From: an uncultured Nitrososphaeraceae archaeon
GTDB lineage: Archaea; Thermoproteota; Nitrososphaeria; Nitrososphaerales; Nitrososphaeraceae
Reading direction: 5' to 3'
NCBI GenBank assembly: GCA_963779615.1
Contig: CAVZZA010000005.1
Location: forward strand, 672,001-736,000
Length of the DNA: 64,000 nucleotides
Part shown: piece by piece, positions 31,401 through 39,834 of the stretch
Position numbering within the stretch: position 1 is the stretch's first letter
Layout: each line of letters opens with the position of its first letter
Made by a program: the position numbers and the translations under genes
The notes under the pieces: generated by a model
Database searches by the model: none
Told to the model about the DNA's origin: nothing
What the model saw: only the letters and a program-made list of their open reading frames with translations

Positions 31401-32272
31401 TGTGCTTGGGGTATGCCTGACACCTCGTTGTCAAAGTAGGTTGTAACGTGATACTGCAGCAAATCAACCAGGTCTTGAACTATCAAGGGGGGAGTTCCTG
31501 CTTCCTTGCTTTCTTTTAATCTTTGGTTTACCCTAATGATATCTACCAGCTTGTGTGTGAGATCGTCTTCTGAACGAATGCCAGTTTCCAAAATAATAGA
31601 AGGTCTTACAGTAACAGGGGGCACGGGTAAAACTTGTAAGATAAACCACTCGGGTCTGGCGGTTTTGGGATCGAATCCTAACAATATCAGGTCATCGTTT
31701 GATACATTCACCAATCTTTCCCTTATTGTAATTGGCAGTAATCTGTTTTCGCCCAATTCAGTTTTTTCAACAAAAATAGTAGGCTTTGTAAAGATTAAGT
31801 CATATTGTTCTTTTTGGCAGTGGGGGCAAACCTTTACTTTTTTTGCTTTTTCAATAATGTCATCCTTGACATTTTCAAGGGTAATTACCGCATAGGCGGC
31901 CTTGCTGTCACGCAAATTTTTGTATTTCTCAAGATCATCGTTGTTTAGTTTAATGCGATTGCAGGACCTGCAGGTAATCAATAGTAATTTATGGATATCA
32001 TCTATAAACGCGATATGCAAAACCGGCTCAGCAAGTTCAATGTGTCCAAAGTGCCCAGGGCACCTTGCAGAAGTATTGCCACAGGTTGCGCATTTTTGTC
32101 CAGGCTCCAATGTCCCGAGCCTACTGTCCATAAGTCCACCCTGAACTGACATCCCGTCCTCATCGTAGGTTTCAGGGGCGGTTATTTCCGCTACGCTGTA
32201 TTTCCTAACATCAACAGGGGATAAAACACTAAACCTAATTCCGTTAAGGATTTTAAATGACTCATCATTCAT
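28478..32272 (-). CDS. rpoA: DNA-directed RNA polymerase subunit A, unsplit A'+A''
   Basis: CPGHFGH, NADFDGD active site, AQSIGEPGTQMT and ARAAFE in one 1264-aa chain. Confidence 0.99.
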   Translation of the reverse strand: MNDESFKILNGIRFSVLSPVDVRKYSVAEITAPETYDEDGMSVQGGLMDSRLGTLEPGQKCATCGNTSARCPGHFGHIELAEPVLHIAFIDDIHKLLLITCRSCNRIKLNNDDLEKYKNLRDSKAAYAVITLENVKDDIIEKAKKVKVCPHCQKEQYDLIFTKPTIFVEKTELGENRLLPITIRERLVNVSNDDLILLGFDPKTARPEWFILQVLPVPPVTVRPSIILETGIRSEDDLTHKLVDIIRVNQRLKESKEAGTPPLIVQDLVDLLQYHVTTYFDNEVSGIPQAHHRSGRPLKTITQRLKGKEGRFRGSLSGKRVDFSSRTVISPDPNLNISDVGVPSDVAKKLTIPETVSSWNIDKLKSLVLNGPNVYPGANYIIRPDGVKIRLEYVADRTGIADSLVMGYTVERHLLEGDIVIFNRQPSLHRMSIMAHNVRVLPYRTFRVHPAVCPPYNADFDGDEMNLHVPQSQEARAEAALLMRVQDQIISPRYGGPIIGGIRDFITGAFLLTRDDTFLTADEIANLSYLGGYNGPLPKPQSEKDGIPLYSGKQLFSLFLPKDFNFVISSKWNKSSKRQGKDVVIKNGQLISGVIDKASIGAEEPDSVLHRIAKDYGNDVARKFLDSILIMLKTYITHRGFSYGYSDLWLNDETRQEILDVIDKTYSKINELVLQYKEGTLPLTRGLSPEEALELYVVNELSRARDRAGKTADRSFPDDNSGVIMASTGARGSTLNIGQMTAALGQQSIRGKRIIKGYRNRALSHFKPGEQNPDSKGFVKSNYRDGLNPIQFFFHAMGGREGLVDTAVRTQQSGYMQRRLINALEHLKAEYDLTVRDPHGNLIQFVYGDDGIDPAKSDHGEAVNIDRLVEAESVIDEGPKADENQIKEILGKYEDKMNPKMRSTIESALSTNPLSKPGLKKVVSKIVDLFEKAMVEPGEAVGVVTAQSIGEPGTQMTLRTFHFAGVKERNVTLGLPRLIELVDARKKPVTPTMDIYLDEEHRLSREKALEVAKRIIFTRISDLIIKVDTDYSGVLSFYFSDKKIADRGTNINDIHEVLKSSKKRYDVSVDESSLVIKITLSEEPDAQTLLTLRNKLLNGRVKGVPDIERVTIVKQNEEWVIQTSGSNLAKVILIEGVDLSRITTNNVFEIWQTLGIEAARTALVKEITNTLEEQGLEVDIRHIMLVADLMTSKGYLQQIGRHGIAGTKTSVLARAAFEITVPTIARASVEGQIEPLKGVTENVIVGATVPVGTGMIDLYMSVKE

Positions 32273-32305
32273 TTTAATTTACACCAGCCTTTTTAAAAGG
32301 GAAGA

Positions 32306-35300
32306 TCAAACTTTCTCCTTAATTAGTAATCTTGGAGCAACATTTAAACTCATCATTTCTTGCAAAAGCAGTTTGAAGGCATATGCAATGATTACGTTTG
32401 AGACTTTTCCCTTGTCACCGCAAACTCTGCATACATATTTTCTTTGTTTGGTATCAAAGTAGGATAACAAGCCGCATCTTTCACACACACTTACTTCGGC
32501 TTTGTCAGACTCCTCCAGCAATCTATCCTTTAGCATCATTGACGCTCCATATGCAATCAAACAGTCTCTCTCCATCTCTCCAAATCTCAAACCACCGCCT
32601 CTTGCCCTACCTTCCGTTGGTTGCTTGGTTAGCATTTGCACCTGTCCTCTAGCCCTGCTGTGAATTTTATCGGCAACCATGTGATGAAGCTTTTGGTAAT
32701 ACACCACGCCTACATAGACATCAACCGGAAAACGCTTTCCAGTCCTTCCGTCATACATGGTTTCTTTACCGCTGTGTTTAAAACCATAGCCTTCCATCAC
32801 GTCTTTAATGTCATTTAGTTTTTCACCCAGAAAAGCAGAACCATCAACTATTTTTCCCCTTAATGATGCGGCTTTCCCTCCAAGTGATTCCATAAACATA
32901 CCAACGGTCATTCTGGATGGAAACGCATGGGGATTGATCATGACATCGGGAACAACACCATCTTCGGTGTATGGAAGGTCTTCCTGATTAACAAGCATTC
33001 CAACTACACCTTTTTGACCATGTCGAGATGCGAATTTGTCACCAATTTCAGGAATTCTCATATCCCTTACTCGAATTTTATACATTTTACCGCCCTCCAC
33101 AGACTGGGTCATGATAACTGTGTCTACTACTCCGCTTTCAGATGGCCTAACACCAATGGATGTATCCCTTCGATATGGGCCTTTTACCTCGAATTCTTTA
33201 TATTCTTCCATAAATCTGGGAGGGGATGTCCTGCCTATCAAAATATCACCACCACTTACAACAGACTCATGCATTATAGCTCCATCAGGCTCCAGCAGGC
33301 GATACGCTTTTTCTCCACGATAACCTCTAATGTTGGCTTCGGAAGATGGAATTTCAAATATATCCTTCATTCCACCGGGATACTGCTTTGCCTCGGCTTC
33401 GTACACACGATAGAAAAAAGTACGGGCTAAACCTCTGTCTATAGAAGATTTGCTAAACACCACTGCATCTTCTATGTTATATCCTTCAAAAGGCAGAACC
33501 GCCACTACACAATTTTGCCCGGTTGGCCTTTCATCTAGACCAAGCAGGTTTATGGCTTTGGTACTTACCACAGGCATTTGGGGATAGAGCATAAAATGTT
33601 GTCTAACATATGTGCTGGCATTCATAAGTGGCGTCGAGAACCCTAGACTTTGCTTAGCCATTGCACTTTCATACGTATTTCTTGGAGATTGATTATGTTC
33701 AGGGTATGGTATGATAGAAGCTCCAACACCGAGTATAGCAGACAAGAAAATTTCAACATGGGTATGTTCAGCACTCAAGTTTTTTACCTCACTTGCAATA
33801 TAGCAATTTTCTTCTTCATTGGCATCAACTAGTTCCACAATCCCCATGTACAATAAATCTGACCATGAAAGGAATTTTTTGAATATTTTCTCAAGGATCT
33901 CCTTGGTCAGCAATACATTACCTTCTTTCAAGATAGCAAGCGGGCGTAAAACTCTCCCGGAATTACAGCTGATGTAAAGTCTTTTTGTAGCATTATCATT
34001 TAATGATGAGTAATAATAAACTCCCATATGGGGGTGCATTCTCCCAGAACGTCTCATGGTACGTAAACGGTTAGACAGATGTCGGCCATCTTCGATATAC
34101 CCAATCAGTCGGCCATCAACAAAAACTCTGGTGCCTTTTGCCTTTAAATCATCACTTGCCTCATTAACATTTTGAACACCCAATTCATAGAGCTTTTCTA
34201 TAACATCGGATGAGAGAACACTAACAGAGATTATTGCAGAAAGTGCCAAGTTTTTAACCAGTCCACAATTTGATCCTTCCGGCGTTTCGGCCGGACATAT
34301 TCTTCCAAAATGAGTGGCATGCAAGTCTCTTGCTTCAAAGTTGGGTTGACTTCTACTTAATGGAGACTGAATCCTTCGGAGATGACTTACAGTAGACATA
34401 TAATTAGTCCTATCCAAAAGCTGGGTTACGCCAACTCTGCCCCTTCCCCAATTTCCAGTGGCTATGGCATTATTTAATTTATCTGAAATAATTCCAGGTC
34501 TAACCGCTGCGGCCACGGCATTAATTCCACGTTTTTGGCCGGATCTCTCTAATTGATACTTCATGTCCCTGATGAGGTTTCTAAAGGCGGTTCTGAATAG
34601 ATCCGCTAGCATTTGACCGGCAAATTTTATTACTTTGTTGCCATAATGATCTTTATCGTCTGTTTCAACCCATCCTAGGTTTAATTCAATTAATTTACAT
34701 GCGGACTCGCCCAAAAACAATGCCTTCTCGTACCGGTTATCAGGATTTTTCCCCAGATGTGGCAATAAGCCCCAATCCAAAAGAGTTTCAGCCCTTTTAA
34801 TTTGAAACTCTTCTAACATGCCCGGCGCAATTCTTTTACTTATGTACACAATTGCATCTCTGCTTGTCACTACTTCGCCCGATTTTTCAAATGATGGCTC
34901 TAACTCATCTTGGAGAACTTCGCTCAAAGAAACAGCATTTGCAATATCCTTATCGGCTTCCAGACCCAAGGCCCTGACCAAAATAATTAATGGAATATCC
35001 ACTGGGGAACCGGGGATTTTGGAAACAATTGAGCCATCAGGACGCATGATTAATTCTAATTTCGCTCGATATCCAACTATTGAAGAATAAACCTTAGCCT
35101 TATATAAAACGGTACCAGCCGTTTCTTCAACGTCTACAATAATCTTGTTATATGATAAATCCTCCAATCCTACAATGACTCTTTCAGAGCCGTTGATTAT
35201 GAAGTAACCACCAGGATCCTTTGGATCCTCGCCAACATCTATTAGTTTCATTTCCGAATAATTATTCAGCATGCATGCATTAGATTTCACCATAACCGGC

Positions 35301-35671
35301 ATATCACCGATATGAATAAACCTGGATTCCAGGGTTTTGCCTTCCTCTACAATGCTGCATTCTAGCATTATGGGAGACCCGTATGTCAAATTTCGAAGCC
35401 TTGCCTCGACTGGAGCAACGTGAGTTATAGAACCATCCAACTCCATAATTCGGGGCTGTTGCATTTTTATTTTGCCTAGTTTAATCTTGTATGGATATTC
35501 TGCAGTTTCAATCTCTATTTCTCCTACTTCATCAATTATACTCTGAAAACCCCTTTCAGTAAACTCGTTATAGGAATTAAGATGTTGCCTGGCAACCCCC
35601 TCTCGCCTGAGGATATCATGAATTATAGGCCACATATCAGTGGAAGTACTAATGTTATAACTCATAACCAA
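32306..35671 (-). CDS. rpoB: DNA-directed RNA polymerase subunit B, unsplit (start may be ATG 35665)
   Basis: GGYFIINGSERV, ETPEG, GDKFASRHGQKG, GLRFGEMERD. Confidence 0.99.
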   Translation of the reverse strand: MVMSYNISTSTDMWPIIHDILRREGVARQHLNSYNEFTERGFQSIIDEVGEIEIETAEYPYKIKLGKIKMQQPRIMELDGSITHVAPVEARLRNLTYGSPIMLECSIVEEGKTLESRFIHIGDMPVMVKSNACMLNNYSEMKLIDVGEDPKDPGGYFIINGSERVIVGLEDLSYNKIIVDVEETAGTVLYKAKVYSSIVGYRAKLELIMRPDGSIVSKIPGSPVDIPLIILVRALGLEADKDIANAVSLSEVLQDELEPSFEKSGEVVTSRDAIVYISKRIAPGMLEEFQIKRAETLLDWGLLPHLGKNPDNRYEKALFLGESACKLIELNLGWVETDDKDHYGNKVIKFAGQMLADLFRTAFRNLIRDMKYQLERSGQKRGINAVAAAVRPGIISDKLNNAIATGNWGRGRVGVTQLLDRTNYMSTVSHLRRIQSPLSRSQPNFEARDLHATHFGRICPAETPEGSNCGLVKNLALSAIISVSVLSSDVIEKLYELGVQNVNEASDDLKAKGTRVFVDGRLIGYIEDGRHLSNRLRTMRRSGRMHPHMGVYYYSSLNDNATKRLYISCNSGRVLRPLAILKEGNVLLTKEILEKIFKKFLSWSDLLYMGIVELVDANEEENCYIASEVKNLSAEHTHVEIFLSAILGVGASIIPYPEHNQSPRNTYESAMAKQSLGFSTPLMNASTYVRQHFMLYPQMPVVSTKAINLLGLDERPTGQNCVVAVLPFEGYNIEDAVVFSKSSIDRGLARTFFYRVYEAEAKQYPGGMKDIFEIPSSEANIRGYRGEKAYRLLEPDGAIMHESVVSGGDILIGRTSPPRFMEEYKEFEVKGPYRRDTSIGVRPSESGVVDTVIMTQSVEGGKMYKIRVRDMRIPEIGDKFASRHGQKGVVGMLVNQEDLPYTEDGVVPDVMINPHAFPSRMTVGMFMESLGGKAASLRGKIVDGSAFLGEKLNDIKDVMEGYGFKHSGKETMYDGRTGKRFPVDVYVGVVYYQKLHHMVADKIHSRARGQVQMLTKQPTEGRARGGGLRFGEMERDCLIAYGASMMLKDRLLEESDKAEVSVCERCGLLSYFDTKQRKYVCRVCGDKGKVSNVIIAYAFKLLLQEMMSLNVAPRLLIKEKV

Positions 35672-35677
35672 TTTGTA

Positions 35678-35929
35678 TCAACCTTCTACTACGTATCGGT
35701 AATATACACTTTCACCAGCAGTTGAACTTTTTCGAGTGATCTTGATAACGTCACTGGGCATCGCGTCTAGACCTTGTATTCCTTTGTCTGATAACATTAT
35801 ATAAGGCAGTTGACTGGGTTTTGAATTAAATTTTTTAAAAACTAATTCGGCATCCTCTTTTGATAAAATTTCATGTTTAGGCTGGTATATGTGATCAACA
35901 ATTTTTATTTCCTTTTTTTCAGAGGACAG
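35678..35929 (-). CDS. rpoH: DNA-directed RNA polymerase subunit H (Rpo5), apparent CTG start, absent from the ORF track
   Basis: Hand translation: SSEKKEIKIVDHIYQPKHEILS...QLPYI...DVIKITRKSSTAGESVYYRYVVEG; GGAGGT Shine-Dalgarno 8 nt upstream of the CTG. Confidence 0.93.
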   Translation of the reverse strand: MSSEKKEIKIVDHIYQPKHEILSKEDAELVFKKFNSKPSQLPYIMLSDKGIQGLDAMPSDVIKITRKSSTAGESVYYRYVVEG

Positions 35930-36480
35930 AATATTTAACCTCCATATCAGGTATTGAAGTAGATAACAAAAATAAAATAAATGTCAAGTATTGATAAAGA
36001 TAATTGTGTATATAATATAATTCTTTATGGATTCTGTCAACATTTCGTGAGGCACTGAACCATTTCTAAAAGTTGTAAAAGGTTCTCAAATTGGGTTTGA
36101 TAAAAAATTAACAGTTGTTCATGTGCACGTCTAAACCGCATTCCTTTATTGTTGCATTCTCCTGCTTTGTGCCATGCCATTGCAGTGTAATCCCTCAAAA
36201 AAGCATCCTTGAACTTTTGATTCGCAGAATCACAGAGCATTTTGCAGAAAGAATCAAAAAACATCATATGCATATATAGGCGCGTAATTAATGCGCACAT
36301 GATACATTGAAATTTTTTGCAAAGTTTTTGAAACTAATCATTGCACAGGGTTCCTCTTCTTATTAGTTTCACTAAGGTAACTCATAACGGCTAAATCATT
36401 ATTTCCTCGAACTAGAGTAAAAAAACGCAAATAAAACAGACCAATTTACAAAAGACAAACGAATGGTTTCCTTCCGCCAG

Positions 36481-36517
36481 TTTTCCATGACAAAAAAAAT
36501 CTTTTTGTCATGGAAAA
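36481..36517. repeat. Perfect 16-bp inverted repeat with a 5-nt loop
   Basis: TTTTCCATGACAAAAA-aaatc-TTTTTGTCATGGAAAA in the divergent intergenic region. Confidence 0.9.
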
Positions 36518-36680
36518 ATATATTGCGAATTGTTTGAAATAAATAACTAATGCATTTTGCAAGTGCAGTAAAATGACTACCTTCAACACAAGATTCGACT
36601 AAACAACACAACAAAGTGACCGCAAACTACTGCCTATCAAAATAATTCTTATAAGCCCTATCAAACCCTCTATAAATCAA

Positions 36681-37964
36681 GTGGTAAAAGCAGAAAAATT
36701 TTTTGGGATTTTAGTTTTTTTCACATTATGTATTGTAACCAATACTGGTATAAACAATAGTTTCCCGGAGAATCAATCATTTTCAAATTTAAATGCATCA
36801 AATGCAAAGGAACAACAGCAACAAACTGTAAACCAAAGTTTTATAAACACAAATTTAGAAAAACTAAAACATAATTTCTTTTATATAAAAACAAATGATC
36901 TATTGGTTCCCGTTAATTTTTTAACTCCAGAAGACAACATTCTCAACAGCATAGTTTACGATGATGACCAAAATGCCTTATTCATACTGTTGAACCCATT
37001 ACCTTCAAATGGAACCAATTTGTTGATTCAGATTCCAAGGTACATACTGGACTCCAAAACTCCCGAAAACAAAGATAATAACTTTACAGTTTTGATTGAC
37101 GACAAACCCTCCAAATATACAGAAATCACTTCCAAAAATGAATCAGGCAACATATCCAGATCAAGCTCGGCGGCGGCGGCGGCGGCCGACTACAACTCAA
37201 TTGATAATACTTTTAGCGACAGCCCTAATCGAAAATTGTTGATAGACTTTCAAAAAGATGCAAAGGTAATAAAAATAGAAGGCACAGACCTGTCAAAAAC
37301 CCAAAACCAAACCCAAATGGATGTACAGGTTGACAATGGCGAAAAAGAAAAATATCAGAGATTTTTTTCGATCTCGACAGAAAATATTAATGGGTACATA
37401 AAGTTTAGTGAAAACGGCGGTAACTTAAAGGACATCAATTTAAAACAAAATACAGTCAACAATAAAACATTAGAGTTGTTCATCATCCCTTTTGAAGAAT
37501 CTGGCAATTTGTTGATTCAGATTCCGAGGTACATACTGGACTCCAAAACTCCCGAAAACAAAGATAATAACTTTACAGTTTTGATTGACGACAAACCCTC
37601 CAAATATACAGAAATCACTTCCAAAAATGAATCAGGCAACATATCCAGATCAAGCTCGGCGGCGGCGGCGGCGGCCGACTACAACTCAATTGATAATACT
37701 TTTAGCGACAGCCCTAATCGAAAATTGTTGATAGACTTTCAAAAAGATGCAAAGGTAATAAAAATAGAAGGCACAGACCTGTCAAAAACCCAAAACCAAA
37801 CCCAAAACCAAAACGCCCACCTTAGTATCACAATACTAGTAATTTCTGCAATTATAGGCATTTCATCATCAGCAGCAATAATCTACATTCTTTACAAAAA
37901 AGGAAAAATAAGATTTGTTGATATTTTTAAATACAATAGAAATAAACAAGGCAACAACAGATGA
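36681..37964 (+). CDS. Membrane-anchored surface protein with two thaumarchaeal beta-sandwich domains (PEFG-CTERM-associated type)
   Basis: N-terminal signal, two domains with LLIQIPRYILDSK...FTVLIDD...KVIKIEGT, C-terminal TM helix and basic tail. Confidence 0.8.
   Translation: MVKAEKFFGILVFFTLCIVTNTGINNSFPENQSFSNLNASNAKEQQQQTVNQSFINTNLEKLKHNFFYIKTNDLLVPVNFLTPEDNILNSIVYDDDQNALFILLNPLPSNGTNLLIQIPRYILDSKTPENKDNNFTVLIDDKPSKYTEITSKNESGNISRSSSAAAAAADYNSIDNTFSDSPNRKLLIDFQKDAKVIKIEGTDLSKTQNQTQMDVQVDNGEKEKYQRFFSISTENINGYIKFSENGGNLKDINLKQNTVNNKTLELFIIPFEESGNLLIQIPRYILDSKTPENKDNNFTVLIDDKPSKYTEITSKNESGNISRSSSAAAAAADYNSIDNTFSDSPNRKLLIDFQKDAKVIKIEGTDLSKTQNQTQNQNAHLSITILVISAIIGISSSAAIIYILYKKGKIRFVDIFKYNRNKQGNNR
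37016..37806 (+). repeat. 302-bp intragenic direct repeat (37016-37317 and 37505-37806)
   Basis: Only one mismatch seen (CCAAGG vs CCGAGG). Confidence 0.92.
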
Positions 37965-38304
37965 AGGCAATCTAATCAGATTTGTAGTATTTAATGGTAT
38001 TTTAAAAATATCAACAATCTTAGTTTAACAGGGCAACAACAAAAAAAATATCCTTATAACAAAATCACCGAGCAAGCAAAACAAAACACTGTAAAACTAT
38101 TAAAAATGCCCTTTACAGCATAAAAAATGGAAACTATTCCTATCCCCATCAACCTTTAAGACAGCTGTCATGCAGGCGGACAATAAAAATTATGAAAATC
38201 AGTTTTCTAAAATGAATTGCCAAATTAGCAAAACAAAATTAAATTTGCAATTATACCTTAATAATTAATGAAAATATTTAAAATTAAATTATACTAAATA
38301 AGAC

Positions 38305-39759
38305 TTGTCAGAAGCATTGGTGTTGGAGTATAATAAAATGATAGAGATAATACTGGAGGAGAGGCAAGAATTAACGTTTGAAAAACTAAAAGATATGATA
38401 GAAGAAAAGAAAAGAAAGGTAGGTGCGGGATACCTAACTGACCAAGGAGCACTATTCTTAGTTGCAGCAGATATAGGGGTGTCGCTAGATAAAGCCAATA
38501 AAACAGAAAATAGCATCAAGGACCTGTTTATTGGAGCAAGGGACATATCGACAATAGGAAGAATTTTATCCATTTATCCAATCAGGGCATTTTTAAAGAG
38601 AGATTCAAGCCAGGAAACTAAAAATCGGGTTATTACGATTTATGATAAAGACTCTAGCATCAAAATTAAGTTATGGGATGAATTTGTAAATTTGCCTGAG
38701 CAATTAGGAATCACCATAGGGGACATAATAAAAGTATCAAAAGGACAGGTAAAATCAGGAATGGATGGCAAACCAATTATTAATTTAAGTGGCAGTGGAA
38801 CCTTGGAGGTTTTTAATGATGAAAAAAAACAAAATATCCCCACAGTTGAAGAAATCACAACAACTATAGATGCTTTGGATACGCCAAAAGAAAATATGGC
38901 AGTAGTAGGAATCATAAATTCAAATCCAAGAATATCAGAATTTACTAACATAAGAGGAGAACATTCAAAATCTCTACAGTTTGAAACAACTAATGATGAT
39001 AACAGTAGGCAAATTAGAACAATAATTTGGAACATTAATGAAGAGAAAATACCCAAATCTCTAACCACCGATTTGAAAATAAATTTAATTGGGGTTAAAA
39101 CCAAGATTGGTAACCCCAATTATGGAAATGGAGATTTGGAAATACATGGAGACGAGGGTACCACAATTGAATTTGTAGATCACAAGGAAGCCGTTGAGAG
39201 TTATATTTTAAGGATCATCTCATTTAACAATAACAACAATGAAAATAAAATAAATTGCATCACTGTAGGGGAAAATGAAAAATTCTACAACTTAAATATA
39301 GATAAGGACCTGTTTGATATTGAGATAAATCAGGATGATATAATAGAGTGTTTTCCTAGCAGAGTTTTAGGAAACACAATAGAGATTTCCACCCAGGATT
39401 CATACATCCAAATAATAAAAGAAGACAAGAATATTCCACTGTCAACGGACCTGGACACAAAAATTAAAAATGTAGAAATGTCAAATAAACCATATTTTAT
39501 TGAGGCAATCATTTTGCAGCCCCCTAACACCATGGACATAAATACGAAAAGCGGGGAGACTGTTTCGGTAACCGATACCATAATTGGAGATGATACAGGC
39601 GAGATAAGATTAGTCGCATGGAGAGAAACCAGCAATTTATTGAAAAATTTTAGCATAGGGGAACGAATCAAAGTAACAGCAGTAAATGCCACTACAAATA
39701 AAGACGGCAAGACGGAATTAACATTAAAACCTTACTCCAAAATATTAAAAATTAGCTAA
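38305..39759 (+). CDS. rpa: Replication protein A / OB-fold ssDNA-binding protein
   Basis: GAGYLTDQGALFLVA N-terminus; OB-fold motifs such as IGDDTGEIRLVAW. Confidence 0.88.
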   Translation: MSEALVLEYNKMIEIILEERQELTFEKLKDMIEEKKRKVGAGYLTDQGALFLVAADIGVSLDKANKTENSIKDLFIGARDISTIGRILSIYPIRAFLKRDSSQETKNRVITIYDKDSSIKIKLWDEFVNLPEQLGITIGDIIKVSKGQVKSGMDGKPIINLSGSGTLEVFNDEKKQNIPTVEEITTTIDALDTPKENMAVVGIINSNPRISEFTNIRGEHSKSLQFETTNDDNSRQIRTIIWNINEEKIPKSLTTDLKINLIGVKTKIGNPNYGNGDLEIHGDEGTTIEFVDHKEAVESYILRIISFNNNNNENKINCITVGENEKFYNLNIDKDLFDIEINQDDIIECFPSRVLGNTIEISTQDSYIQIIKEDKNIPLSTDLDTKIKNVEMSNKPYFIEAIILQPPNTMDINTKSGETVSVTDTIIGDDTGEIRLVAWRETSNLLKNFSIGERIKVTAVNATTNKDGKTELTLKPYSKILKIS

Positions 39760-39834
39760 CAGGTAATAAAACAGACAGGTCGAAAAATGAATAAACAAGT
39801 CCATGTTTCACCCAACAAATGCGATAGGCAACAT

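Noticed and set aside
35950-36680. Replication origin in the long intergenic region
   Set aside because: No repeated ORB-like elements recognised and no adjacent cdc6/orc1.
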